Assembly: GCA_041498975.1 (NCBI GenBank)
Contig: JBGQJI010000017.1
Location: forward strand, 1 to 28,562
Length of the DNA stretch: 28,562 nucleotides
Source: Candidatus Methylomirabilis sp.
Lineage (GTDB): Bacteria; Methylomirabilota; Methylomirabilia; Methylomirabilales; Methylomirabilaceae
Direction: 5' to 3'
Each line of letters starts with the position of its first letter. Position 1 is the stretch's first letter. Of the stretch, positions 18,850-27,588 are shown in pieces. Below the pieces are notes generated by a model that ran no database searches, was not told the DNA's origin, and worked only from the letters and a program-made list of their open reading frames with translations. Made by a program: the position numbers and the translations under genes.

Positions 18850-18874
18850 CGGACTGTTACAGACGTGTTAGAAA
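18846..18874 (+). promoter_or_regulatory. putative promoter of the ThDP-enzyme/ilvC unit, overlapping the murJ stop
   Basis: TTGACG 18846-18851, 17 bp, TG-T-TAGAAA (TAGAAA 18869-18874). Confidence 0.45.
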
Positions 18875-19148
18875 CAGAGACTTACCACGGCGTAGCCCTA
18901 CCTTTCGCATCCGCTCGACAGCCGACATCCCTTTTCGGGAACCGGATGCTTTCCTTCCATGACAGCCGAGGCCACTCCTAGGCGAAGCGTCGCTCGGGGG
19001 TGGGATGGGGCAAGGGTTTCCCGCTATAAATATATGGGAGTTAGAGAAAGAGATCGAGTCTCCACAGGAGGCGCCATTCGAGGGGCTTGGGACTGAGATC
19101 GGCGAAATCCACTAGACAAGTGACGAGGAAAGGGAGGTCGAGAAGGAG

Positions 19149-20918
19149 ATGACCACAACCGTTGTAGGCGGTCCAGGTCTGGAGAGGAATGTTGGAAACT
19201 TTGCCCTGATCGAGACGCTCCGGGAGTGGGGGGTCGTGCATTACAGTGGTGTGAATGGTGGGGGAGTCGTGCATGTCACAAAGTATCTCGTCCCGCTGAC
19301 CGACCTGTCGCAGGTGACGGATGGCGTTCCCCGGCTCTTGACGATGGGTGAATACGTGTCGGGTTTCATGCCATTGGGCTATTACTTGGCCTCCGGTCGA
19401 ATTGCCGGCTCGATCACGACGACCGGGGCGGCAACGAAGCTCGGATCCAGCGGCATCACCGAGGCCAAACTGCACAACATCCCCGCGCTGTTTCTCATCG
19501 CCTTGAACTCAACCGGCTCGATCGGGAAGGCGCCCCTGCAGGATGTCTCGGAATATGGCATGAACATTGTGCCGCAGCTTCAAGCTGAGTTAGGGGACGG
19601 GTGTATCGTCATCGATAACATCAACCGGCTTCAACGGGACCTCATAAGGGCACAAGACATTTTGCACGAGTCGCGGCCCGTCGCCATTGCATTCCACCCC
19701 GACATCCTGGCGAGAGAGATTCAGGTGGATGTTCCCAGGACTGAAAAGCCGCGCATACTCCACAAAGAAGATATAGAGGCGTTCCTCAGAGAGTTCCCGC
19801 CGATGGCGAAGAAACGACGGGTGATTATCTACGTGGGCGAGGAAGCAGCGTTTTGTCCGAACATCCAGGAGCTGAGCACGGAGCTTTCCGAACTCCTGCA
19901 AGCTCCCACCGTCTGGTCCATCAACGGGGCCAACGCCGTTTCCCGCAAGAACCCGTATGGCTATGGGTACATCATGTTCGGCGGCAACGACAAGGCCATG
20001 GAACTCTGGCGGAGCATGAATCAGGACGATATTCTTATCACGCTCGGATTCTGCCCTGGAGAGTATTCGATCAATCTCGAGAGCATTCCAGCGAAATGGA
20101 TGTGGCACTTCGGCGCGTACATGCACGGCTATGGCGAGATCAAGGGCGATTTCCGGCACCGGTGCAAGGGGGGATACACAAAAATCCGTGGCGATATCGC
20201 CTTTGCGCTCGAAGAGGTCATCCCTCGGTTGAAGAGTATGGGTGTCGCGAAGGACAGGCCGAAGGTTGAGAGACCGGACAATCTGAACTTCCGGGAGGTA
20301 TGGCGAGACGTCAGAAAGGATTGTGTGGACTTCATGTCTTTCTACGAAGAGTTGCCGAAGCACTGGCAACCGAACAGCATCGGATTCGATGACGTGTGCA
20401 TCTCCTACAAGGATCGCCAGTATGTCACGCAGCGGCCCGACCCGAATATCAAGTTCTGGACCATGCATCATGGCTCTGCCATGGGTGGTGCATTCGGACT
20501 GGGGGTTGGCGCCAAGCTGGCAGATCCGAGTCTCCATACATTTATTTTCTCAGGAGATGGATGCTGGCGACTCTTCGGCGGTTGCTTGGCCGAGGCGGCA
20601 AAACTGGATCTTCGTGTGTTCATCATCAATAACGGGACATACGGGATCGTGGACAAAGGTTTGGAGGTCATCATCCCAACAGTCGAGAAGCCCCGCTACC
20701 ACTCGAAGTTGCCGAGCATCGACTTTGTTGCCGCGGCAAAGGCTCATGGGTGGGAGGGATTCTATCTGAAGCCGGATCTGAGTAACCTCAAGGAGATCAT
20801 GGATGCCTGCAATACGCCGGCGGGCAGGTCGATTCTGGTGGATGTCCCCGTGGATAACGAGCAGGTTGTCGGCCTGAACGCGCGACTGCTCAACCTCACG
20901 ACCCAGGCCTACCTGTAG
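19149..20918 (+). CDS. thiamine-diphosphate-dependent enzyme, divergent acetolactate-synthase-like fold
   Basis: N-terminal [25 protein letters not shown]-terminal [22 protein letters not shown]22-[26 protein letters not shown]. Confidence 0.9.
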   Translation: MTTTVVGGPGLERNVGNFALIETLREWGVVHYSGVNGGGVVHVTKYLVPLTDLSQVTDGVPRLLTMGEYVSGFMPLGYYLASGRIAGSITTTGAATKLGSSGITEAKLHNIPALFLIALNSTGSIGKAPLQDVSEYGMNIVPQLQAELGDGCIVIDNINRLQRDLIRAQDILHESRPVAIAFHPDILAREIQVDVPRTEKPRILHKEDIEAFLREFPPMAKKRRVIIYVGEEAAFCPNIQELSTELSELLQAPTVWSINGANAVSRKNPYGYGYIMFGGNDKAMELWRSMNQDDILITLGFCPGEYSINLESIPAKWMWHFGAYMHGYGEIKGDFRHRCKGGYTKIRGDIAFALEEVIPRLKSMGVAKDRPKVERPDNLNFREVWRDVRKDCVDFMSFYEELPKHWQPNSIGFDDVCISYKDRQYVTQRPDPNIKFWTMHHGSAMGGAFGLGVGAKLADPSLHTFIFSGDGCWRLFGGCLAEAAKLDLRVFIINNGTYGIVDKGLEVIIPTVEKPRYHSKLPSIDFVAAAKAHGWEGFYLKPDLSNLKEIMDACNTPAGRSILVDVPVDNEQVVGLNARLLNLTTQAYL

Positions 20919-20935
20919 GAGAGGGAGGGGCAACG

Positions 20936-21940
20936 ATGGCACGGCTCTACTATGACAAAGACGCTGATCTCACTCTGCTGAAGGGAAAAACGATCGCGAT
21001 CATGGGGTACGGCAGCCAAGGCCATGCCCACGCCCTGAATTTCAAGGACAGCGGAATGGATGTGATCGTCGGTCTCTACAAAGGAAGCCGGTCGTGGGAC
21101 AAGGCCAAGTCCGACGGCCTGAAGGTCGGAACCTGCGACGAGGCTGCCCAAACCGGCGACGTCATCATGATTCTGCTGCCAGACCAGACCCACAGACAGG
21201 TGTACCATGAGGCGATCGAGAAGGCGCTAAAGCCGGGCAAGACGCTGATGTTCGCCCATGGGTTCAACATCCACTTCCATCAGATCCTCCCTCCGCCGAC
21301 CGTGGACGTCTCGATGATCGCGCCCAAGGCGCCGGGGCACCTGATGCGTCAGGTCTTCACCGAAGGGGCCGGTGTCCCAGCCCTGCTGGCCGTCCACCAG
21401 GACGTTTCCGGGAAGGCACGGGAGGTCGCACTGGCCTATGCCAAGGGGATCGGTTGCACGAGAGCCGGGGTTCTGGAGACCACGTTCCGCGAGGAAACCG
21501 AGACCGACCTGTTCGGCGAGCAGACAGTGTTGTGTGGCGGGATCTCGGCCCTGGTCAAGGCCGCATTTGAGACGTTGGTGAGCGCCGGCTACCAGCCAGA
21601 AGTCGCATTCTTCGAGTGCATGCATGAGCTGAAGCTGATCGTTGACCTGATTTATCAGGGCGGCTTGGCCTACATGCGCTACTCGATCAGCGACACCGCG
21701 GAGTACGGCGACTACAGCCGCGGCCCTCGCGTCATCGACGACCGGGTCAAAACCGAGATGCGAAAGATCCTAGACGAGGTCCAGAACGGCACCTTCGCGC
21801 GGGAGTGGATCCTCGAGAACCAGGCCGGTCGCCCCAGCTTCCTTGCGATGCGCAAGAAGGACGCCAATCATCCGATCGAAAAGGTTGGCAAGGAGCTTCG
21901 GTCGATGATGTCCTGGATCAAAGGCCCCGGCAAACACTGA
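20936..21940 (+). CDS. ilvC: ketol-acid reductoisomerase
   Basis: [56 protein letters not shown]. Confidence 0.99.
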   Translation: MARLYYDKDADLTLLKGKTIAIMGYGSQGHAHALNFKDSGMDVIVGLYKGSRSWDKAKSDGLKVGTCDEAAQTGDVIMILLPDQTHRQVYHEAIEKALKPGKTLMFAHGFNIHFHQILPPPTVDVSMIAPKAPGHLMRQVFTEGAGVPALLAVHQDVSGKAREVALAYAKGIGCTRAGVLETTFREETETDLFGEQTVLCGGISALVKAAFETLVSAGYQPEVAFFECMHELKLIVDLIYQGGLAYMRYSISDTAEYGDYSRGPRVIDDRVKTEMRKILDEVQNGTFAREWILENQAGRPSFLAMRKKDANHPIEKVGKELRSMMSWIKGPGKH

Positions 21941-22022
21941 TGGTCAAACCTCATCGGGGAGGAGGCAGCGGGATCGACGCGTTCAGGTCTGCACGTCTCC
22001 GAGGGTGACACGAGCAGAGGAC

Positions 22023-22067
22023 AGGCCCTCGCAAATGGGCACGACGCCGGCGAGGGCCTTTGTATTT
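22023..22067 (+). terminator. putative intrinsic terminator after ilvC
   Basis: AGGCCCTCGC (22023-22032) / GCGAGGGCCT (22050-22059), a perfect 10-bp stem, followed by TTGTATTT. Confidence 0.65.
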
Positions 22068-22379
22068 GCCACCAAGATCCCCTGATCGGCCACACAGCGA
22101 ATGGGTTCGCCGGGGGGCACGCACACTGCGCGCCCCCAGCCCCGCACGCCAGCACTGATCCTCGAGCTCGCTCGGTCACGGCGAGGGGGGCTCGGACTCA
22201 AGGATTGGCCACGATCTCTTGACACCCCATGACTTGCCTCGACGCTGAATGGGGAGGCTGCCATACGCTGGCCATCAGGCCGCGCCAGGCTTCCGAGGTG
22301 GGGGCCCCCTTGTCCGCATGGCGGGCCTGTCCGATCAACATCGTCTGTTCATCACTTAGCATGGAAGGAGAAATCGGAG

Positions 22380-22682
22380 ATGCTGTTCTTCGTCAAGGTT
22401 CGTGTTGAGCCCAAGGAGCTGTCGCTGGATGACTTCTGGAATGCTTGGGAGAAGGAGGCGGAAGCGGCACTGGGGGCCGTGGCTGCCGGCAAGGCCGTCG
22501 CGCTTTACAAGGTCTGCGGGCAACGCCGCGTGGTGGGCATTCTGGATGTCGAATCTCACGACGAGTTAGATCGGATCATCATGGCCGGCCTGCCGATGGC
22601 GCATCATCTCGAAATCGAGGAGATCTTGCCGGTGCGTGAGTACGAGCGCTTTGCAGGCGATGTGAAGGTACGCTGGCAGTAG
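22380..22682 (+). CDS. muconolactone Delta-isomerase family protein
   Basis: 100 aa, MLFFVKVRV...LYKVCGQRRVVGILDVESHDELD...LPM, resembling the CatC family; GAAGGAG RBS. Confidence 0.8.
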   Translation: MLFFVKVRVEPKELSLDDFWNAWEKEAEAALGAVAAGKAVALYKVCGQRRVVGILDVESHDELDRIIMAGLPMAHHLEIEEILPVREYERFAGDVKVRWQ

Positions 22683-22743
22683 ATCGGAGTCCTGCGACTG
22701 TGTCATTGCTGTTTCACCGGTACAGGGGTGTTCGCTGATCCGA

Positions 22744-23616
22744 ATGAAGATCGTAGACGTGTACGGCAACGGAAAGTTTGGTCTCTCCTTCGAGATATTC
22801 CCTCCCAAGTCCGCCGCCGGAGAGGCTCAGTTATTTGCTGCCCTCGAAGTCCTGATGGTCTTTCGGCCGTCCTTTGTGTCGTGCACCTACGGTGCAGGAG
22901 GAGCGACGCGGGACAAGACGTTGGAGCTGACTGTGAAGATCGGCAAGACGTTCGGTGTCACGACGGCAGCTCACCGGACCTGCGTGGAATCGACGGAGGA
23001 AGAGATCCGCCAGTGGCTGAAGGATGCCACCGATTGTGGCATCGAAAATATCATCGCCTTGCGGGGCGATCCTCCCGAAGGACAGGCAGCTTTCAAGAAA
23101 CCTCAAGGCGGGCTTGCATACGCCAACGAGCTGGTGACGCTGATTCGCCGTGAGTTCCCTCATTTCAGCATCGCAGTCGCGGGCTACCCCGAAATACATC
23201 AGGAGGCGCCGAGTCCTGAGGTTGATCTGTCGAACCTGAAGCGGAAGGTCGAAGCGGGAGCCGATGCGGTGATTACGCAGCTCTTCTATTGCAACGCTGA
23301 CTTCTTCGAGTTTCGCACTCGTTACAGGGAAGCCGGCATCGCGGTGCCCTTGGTTCCAGGCATCCTGCCGGTGATCAATTTGGGGCAGGTTCGGCGTATA
23401 GCCTCCCTTTGCGGGGCCAAGCTGCCGGCACCATTTCTTGCCGACCTGGAACGCTATCGGGATGATCCCGACGGGCAGTTGGGTGTGGGGGTACACTACG
23501 CGATCCGGCAATGTCAGGAGCTCCTTGACTCGGGCATCCCGGGCCTTCATTTCTACGTCCTCAATAAGTCTGAAGCTCCACGCCGGATCCTGCAGGCCTT
23601 GAAGCTGCCACAATAA
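22744..23616 (+). CDS. metF: 5,10-methylenetetrahydrofolate reductase
   Basis: SFEIFPPK, FVSCTYGAGG, ALRGDPP, VAGYPE, KRKVEAGAD..ITQLF, GLHFYVLN. Confidence 0.96.
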   Translation: MKIVDVYGNGKFGLSFEIFPPKSAAGEAQLFAALEVLMVFRPSFVSCTYGAGGATRDKTLELTVKIGKTFGVTTAAHRTCVESTEEEIRQWLKDATDCGIENIIALRGDPPEGQAAFKKPQGGLAYANELVTLIRREFPHFSIAVAGYPEIHQEAPSPEVDLSNLKRKVEAGADAVITQLFYCNADFFEFRTRYREAGIAVPLVPGILPVINLGQVRRIASLCGAKLPAPFLADLERYRDDPDGQLGVGVHYAIRQCQELLDSGIPGLHFYVLNKSEAPRRILQALKLPQ

Positions 23617-23765
23617 CCTGAGGGTCCACTGCGTTCTGCCGTGTGGGCTCCTGCGCTTCTGTCCATGGACCCCGAACATCCCCCAGCAGTGGCGATCAGC
23701 GTGAATGGCCTCGTCGTCTGGTGTATAATCGATTCGGGACAGGCGTGGCAGGAGGCACTGACTGC

Positions 23766-24719
23766 TTGACACCGTTACCGCTTATCGTGATCGTCGGGCC
23801 GACCGCGGTCGGGAAATCGGACTTGGCCCTCGCCCTTGCGGAGAGGATGGGGGGCGAGATCGTCGCCGCGGACTCGATGCAGGTCTATCGTGGCCTTGAC
23901 ATCGGGACAGGGAAGCCCCGCGCAGAAGAGCGGCAGGGGGCCCGGCATCACCTCGTAGATCTTGTGGACCCCGACCAGTCGTTTACGGCTGCCGACTATG
24001 GCCGACTGGCGCGCGTTGCCGTTTGTGACATCCGTGGGCGCGGGCACTTGCCGATCGTGGTGGGTGGGACCGGTCTCTATGTCCGGGCGCTCGTGCGTGG
24101 CCTGTTCGATGGGCCGGGAGAGGAGAGATCCTTCAGGGAAGCGTTGCGTGAGGATGCAGCGCGGGCGGGTGCGCCGACCCTTCACCGCCGGCTTCAGGCT
24201 CTCGATGCCGAGGCGGCTGCTGCCATCCACCCGAACGATCTGTTCCGGATCGTGCGAGCGCTCGAAGTCGTCACGATGAGCGGCCGCCCCATCTCCGCCC
24301 TCAGGGCGGCGGCGCGACGGGCTCATAAGCCTCTCGAGGGACCCGTCCTCCTGCTTGGACTTGAGCGGGATCGGCGGGAGTTGTACCAGAGGATCGAGGC
24401 GAGGGTAGGGGAGATGCTGGCCAGGGGATTCCTAGACGAAGTTCGTGGGCTGCTCGATCGCGGTTTCTCTCCCGCGCTCAAGCCTCTGCGGGCCATCGGC
24501 TATCGTCATTTGATCGGGCACCTGAAAGGGCACACCACCCTTGACCACGCGGTCGCCTGTCTCAAGCGTGACACCAGGCGGTACGCCAAGCGCCAGCTCA
24601 CATGGTTCCGCCACGAAGAAGGGCTGGAGTGGCATCGCGTGGAGGGACCAACCTTCAGCCAACGGGCGCTGGGCTCGTTGATCCAGCGAATAGAGAACGC
24701 ATGGACCAGATCGGTGTAA
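23766..24719 (+). CDS. miaA: tRNA dimethylallyltransferase
   Basis: GPTAVGKS, DSMQVYRGLDIGTGKP, VGGTGLY, RIVRALE, TRRYAKRQLTWFR. Start set to TTG 23766 after GGAGG (GTG 23745 is an alternative); TATAAT at 23724-23729. Confidence 0.95.
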   Translation: MTPLPLIVIVGPTAVGKSDLALALAERMGGEIVAADSMQVYRGLDIGTGKPRAEERQGARHHLVDLVDPDQSFTAADYGRLARVAVCDIRGRGHLPIVVGGTGLYVRALVRGLFDGPGEERSFREALREDAARAGAPTLHRRLQALDAEAAAAIHPNDLFRIVRALEVVTMSGRPISALRAAARRAHKPLEGPVLLLGLERDRRELYQRIEARVGEMLARGFLDEVRGLLDRGFSPALKPLRAIGYRHLIGHLKGHTTLDHAVACLKRDTRRYAKRQLTWFRHEEGLEWHRVEGPTFSQRALGSLIQRIENAWTRSV

Positions 24720-26029
24720 ACCGGATGCGGATTCTCCCGGCGGGGCCGCTCAAAGGCGAGCTGACTCTTCCCGGCGACAAGTCGATCACCCACCGCGCGA
24801 TCATCCTCGCGTCGCTGGCCGACGGCGTCACCGAGATCACCGGGGCCCTGCGGAGCGATGACTGCCGACGCACCGCCGCCGCGTTGGGTGCCATGGGGGC
24901 CGCCATCGAGGAGCAGGGTAATGATCGGCTTCTGATCCGGGGCTGCAGCCTCCGCGGTTTGAGAGAACCGGAAGACGTCCTCGACGCGGGTAACTCCGGG
25001 ACAACGATGCGCCTGTTGGCCGGAGTGTTGGCCGCGCAGCCCTTCTTCTCGGTGTTGACCGGCGACCAATACCTCCGCAAACGGCCGATGGCCAGAGTTG
25101 CCGCACCCCTCAGGTCGATGGGGGCGACGATCCTCGGCCGTGACGGGGGAAATCTCCCCCCTCTCGGCATCCTGGGATCACGCCTCAAGACGATTGACTA
25201 TGTGAGTCCGATCGCCAGCGCACAGGTCAAGTCCGCGATCCTTTTTGCAGGGCTGTTCGCTGAGGGGGAGACGACGGTCACGGAGCCGTCGTTGTCCCGT
25301 GATCACACGGAAAGGATGTTCGAAGCAGTCGGGATGCCGATTCGGCGCAACGGCCTGACCGTGCGCACCCGTGGGGTCACGACGATCCCGGCCTTCCGCC
25401 TGACTGTCCCGGGCGACTTCTCGGCCGCCGCCTTCTTTCTCGTGGCTGCCATCCTCATTCCCGGGTCGGAGCTGACCTTGCGAAGAGTGGGAATCAACCC
25501 GACGCGCACCGGCCTGCTTGATGCGCTGGCCTTGATGGGGGCGGGGATCGAGGTGGGCGAGAGCCGCGTCATCTCGGGCGAGCCGGTCGCAGACCTCTTC
25601 GTCAGAGGTCAGGAGCTGCACGGGACTGAAGTCGACGGTGTCCTCATCCCGCGCATGATCGACGAGATCCCGGCGTTTGCCGTGGCTGCGGCGTTCGCAA
25701 AAGGCCCCACCATCATTCGGGATGCGGCAGAACTGCGGGTCAAAGAGGTTGACCGGCTGGCGGCCATTGCGAAAGAGCTGCGTCGTTTCGGCGCCCAGGT
25801 GGAGGAGCGACCGGATGGGTTGCTCCTCCAGGGAGGCGGTCTTCTCTCCGGGTGTGACTGCGACAGTTGGGGCGACCACCGGATCGCCATGGCCCTGGCC
25901 GTGGCAGGGCTGGCGGCGAGGGGGAGTACCAGCATCTCTGATCCGCTCTGTGTCAGCAGCTCGTTCCCTGGTTTCTGGGAACAGTTGGAGGCAATCCGGC
26001 GTGGGGCGGCCGATTCCCCGGAGGGCTGA
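24701..26029 (+). CDS. aroA: 3-phosphoshikimate 1-carboxyvinyltransferase (EPSP synthase)
   Basis: LPGDKSITHRA, DAGNSGTTMRL, SAQVKSA, RDHTERM, ELRVKEVDR, DHRIAMA. Start is ATG 24701 or 24725. Confidence 0.97.
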   Translation: MDQIGVNRMRILPAGPLKGELTLPGDKSITHRAIILASLADGVTEITGALRSDDCRRTAAALGAMGAAIEEQGNDRLLIRGCSLRGLREPEDVLDAGNSGTTMRLLAGVLAAQPFFSVLTGDQYLRKRPMARVAAPLRSMGATILGRDGGNLPPLGILGSRLKTIDYVSPIASAQVKSAILFAGLFAEGETTVTEPSLSRDHTERMFEAVGMPIRRNGLTVRTRGVTTIPAFRLTVPGDFSAAAFFLVAAILIPGSELTLRRVGINPTRTGLLDALALMGAGIEVGESRVISGEPVADLFVRGQELHGTEVDGVLIPRMIDEIPAFAVAAAFAKGPTIIRDAAELRVKEVDRLAAIAKELRRFGAQVEERPDGLLLQGGGLLSGCDCDSWGDHRIAMALAVAGLAARGSTSISDPLCVSSSFPGFWEQLEAIRRGAADSPEG

Positions 26030-26763
26030 TGCCCATCCCGCCAACGCCAGATACTAGAGGAGCGACACGAGGGGGTGGCCACGTCATTATTGCCATCGAC
26101 GGGCCAGTTGGGGCCGGGAAAAGCACCGCCGCTCGGCTGCTGGCCAGGCGGCTTGGGTACCGCTACATCGATAGCGGTGCGATGTATCGGGCAGTGGCCT
26201 GGAAGGCGCTCCAGGCAGGACTTGACCTTGAGGACGAGCGATCCGTAAGCGGTCTCGCGGACGCGATCTCCATCGCGTTCGAGCCCTCGGGTGATCGGGA
26301 GCGGATTCTTGTCGATGGACAGGACGTGAGCCGGCAGATCAGGGAGCGAGCAGTGGAGCAAGCCTCCTCCAAGGTCTCGACGCTTGCCAGCGTCCGTCGC
26401 GGAATGGTGGCGCGACAGAGGGAGATGGCGGCGAAGGGAGGGGTGGTGATGGATGGGCGCGATATCGGCACAGTCGTCTTCCCGGACGCCGATGTGAAGT
26501 TCTACTTGGAGGCTCGTCTAGAGGTGCGTGCGAAGCGTCGTCTACAGCAGGCCCAGGCTGCCGGTGTGACCCGAAGATTGGAGGAACTCGCCGAGGAGAT
26601 CAGGGTGCGAGACGCCAGGGACATGGGGCGAGTCGCCTCGCCCCTCCGAAAGGCAGATGATGCCGTCAGGATCGAGACCTCTGAGCTCAATGCTGATCAG
26701 GTTGCCGATGCGATGGAAGAGGAAATCAAGCGGAGGATAGCCGCCTCGAAGGGTTCCATGTAG
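26029..26763 (+). CDS. cmk: cytidylate kinase
   Basis: IAIDGPVGAGKST, DSGAMYRA, VMDGRDIGTVVFPDA; TGATG overlap with aroA. Confidence 0.96.
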   Translation: MPIPPTPDTRGATRGGGHVIIAIDGPVGAGKSTAARLLARRLGYRYIDSGAMYRAVAWKALQAGLDLEDERSVSGLADAISIAFEPSGDRERILVDGQDVSRQIRERAVEQASSKVSTLASVRRGMVARQREMAAKGGVVMDGRDIGTVVFPDADVKFYLEARLEVRAKRRLQQAQAAGVTRRLEELAEEIRVRDARDMGRVASPLRKADDAVRIETSELNADQVADAMEEEIKRRIAASKGSM

Positions 26764-26808
26764 GGGCCCGCATTTTTTTCTTGCATTCCTCGGAGGCGGA
26801 TGTATACT

Positions 26809-27558
26809 ATGAAACCCGCGTTTTTTCAGGGCTTTTCGCTCAATAGGGCGATCCGGCGACTGCCTTATGTAGCGACCCGGCTGTTTTGCCTCGGCGTTGC
26901 GAAGGGTCTCTGCCGCCTCCGTGTCAAGGGGAGGGAGTTCATCCCCCTGACGGGCTCCGCTATCGTCGCGGCAAACCACGTCAGCTATCTGGATCCATTC
27001 ATCGTCGGGGTCGCGATACAGCGGCACGTCCACTTCATGGCCAAGGAGGAGTTGTTCCGCTTTCGCCCACTTGGTTGGCTGCTCAGGCAGTACCAAGCCT
27101 TTCCGGTTGACCGGCGGCGGAGCGACCGGCAGGCCATGAACTGGGCGATTTCCCTCCTGCAGCGAGGCGAGATCGTCGTGATCTTCCCCGAGGGGACCCG
27201 GGGGGATGGAAGTCGATTGGGGCCCGCCAAGCCCGGCATCGCGCTGATTGCGGCACGAACGGGAGCTCCGGTGATTCCTGCGTATCATTGCGGAACGGAA
27301 AAGGCGCTTCCGAGAGGCGCCAGGTTTTTCAGGCCCCATCAGATCACTGTCACGTTCGGGGCCCCGTTTCGCTTTGCAGATGTGCAGGTGGGCCAAAGGC
27401 AGGGGCAGGTTGTTGCGTTCAGCCACACAATCATGGAGAGGATCGCCGCCCTGAGGAATCGGTCGAAGGGCGGCGCTGGAGGATCGGGCGATCGGGCCCA
27501 CGTCGCGGGAGATGCGGTGCCGACCGAGACTCGAGAAATCAAGGGGCAGACAGGATGA
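26809..27558 (+). CDS. plsC: 1-acyl-sn-glycerol-3-phosphate (lysophospholipid) acyltransferase
   Basis: NHVSYLD, FMAKEELF, IFPEGTR. The start codon is uncertain (26800, 26809 or later). Confidence 0.88.
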   Translation: MKPAFFQGFSLNRAIRRLPYVATRLFCLGVAKGLCRLRVKGREFIPLTGSAIVAANHVSYLDPFIVGVAIQRHVHFMAKEELFRFRPLGWLLRQYQAFPVDRRRSDRQAMNWAISLLQRGEIVVIFPEGTRGDGSRLGPAKPGIALIAARTGAPVIPAYHCGTEKALPRGARFFRPHQITVTFGAPFRFADVQVGQRQGQVVAFSHTIMERIAALRNRSKGGAGGSGDRAHVAGDAVPTETREIKGQTG

Positions 27559-27588
27559 ACATCTCATCGAAGGGAGGAAGAAAAAGGT

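Noticed and set aside
19080..19137. TPP-riboswitch-like fragment (GGGG...CTGAGA...AGGGA) upstream of the ThDP enzyme
   Set aside because: It lacks the ACCUGAU core and the P2/P4/P5 pairings.
21868..22264. Minus-strand ORFs in the ilvC-isomerase spacer
   Set aside because: They have no recognisable motifs; one spans the terminator hairpin and overlaps the ilvC end.
22688..22743. ZTP- or SAM-type riboswitch immediately before metF (GCGACTG...CACCGG)
   Set aside because: It lacks GACUGGCG, GGGGAGC and the CGCCUGGGC pseudoknot hairpin; the resemblance is only superficial.
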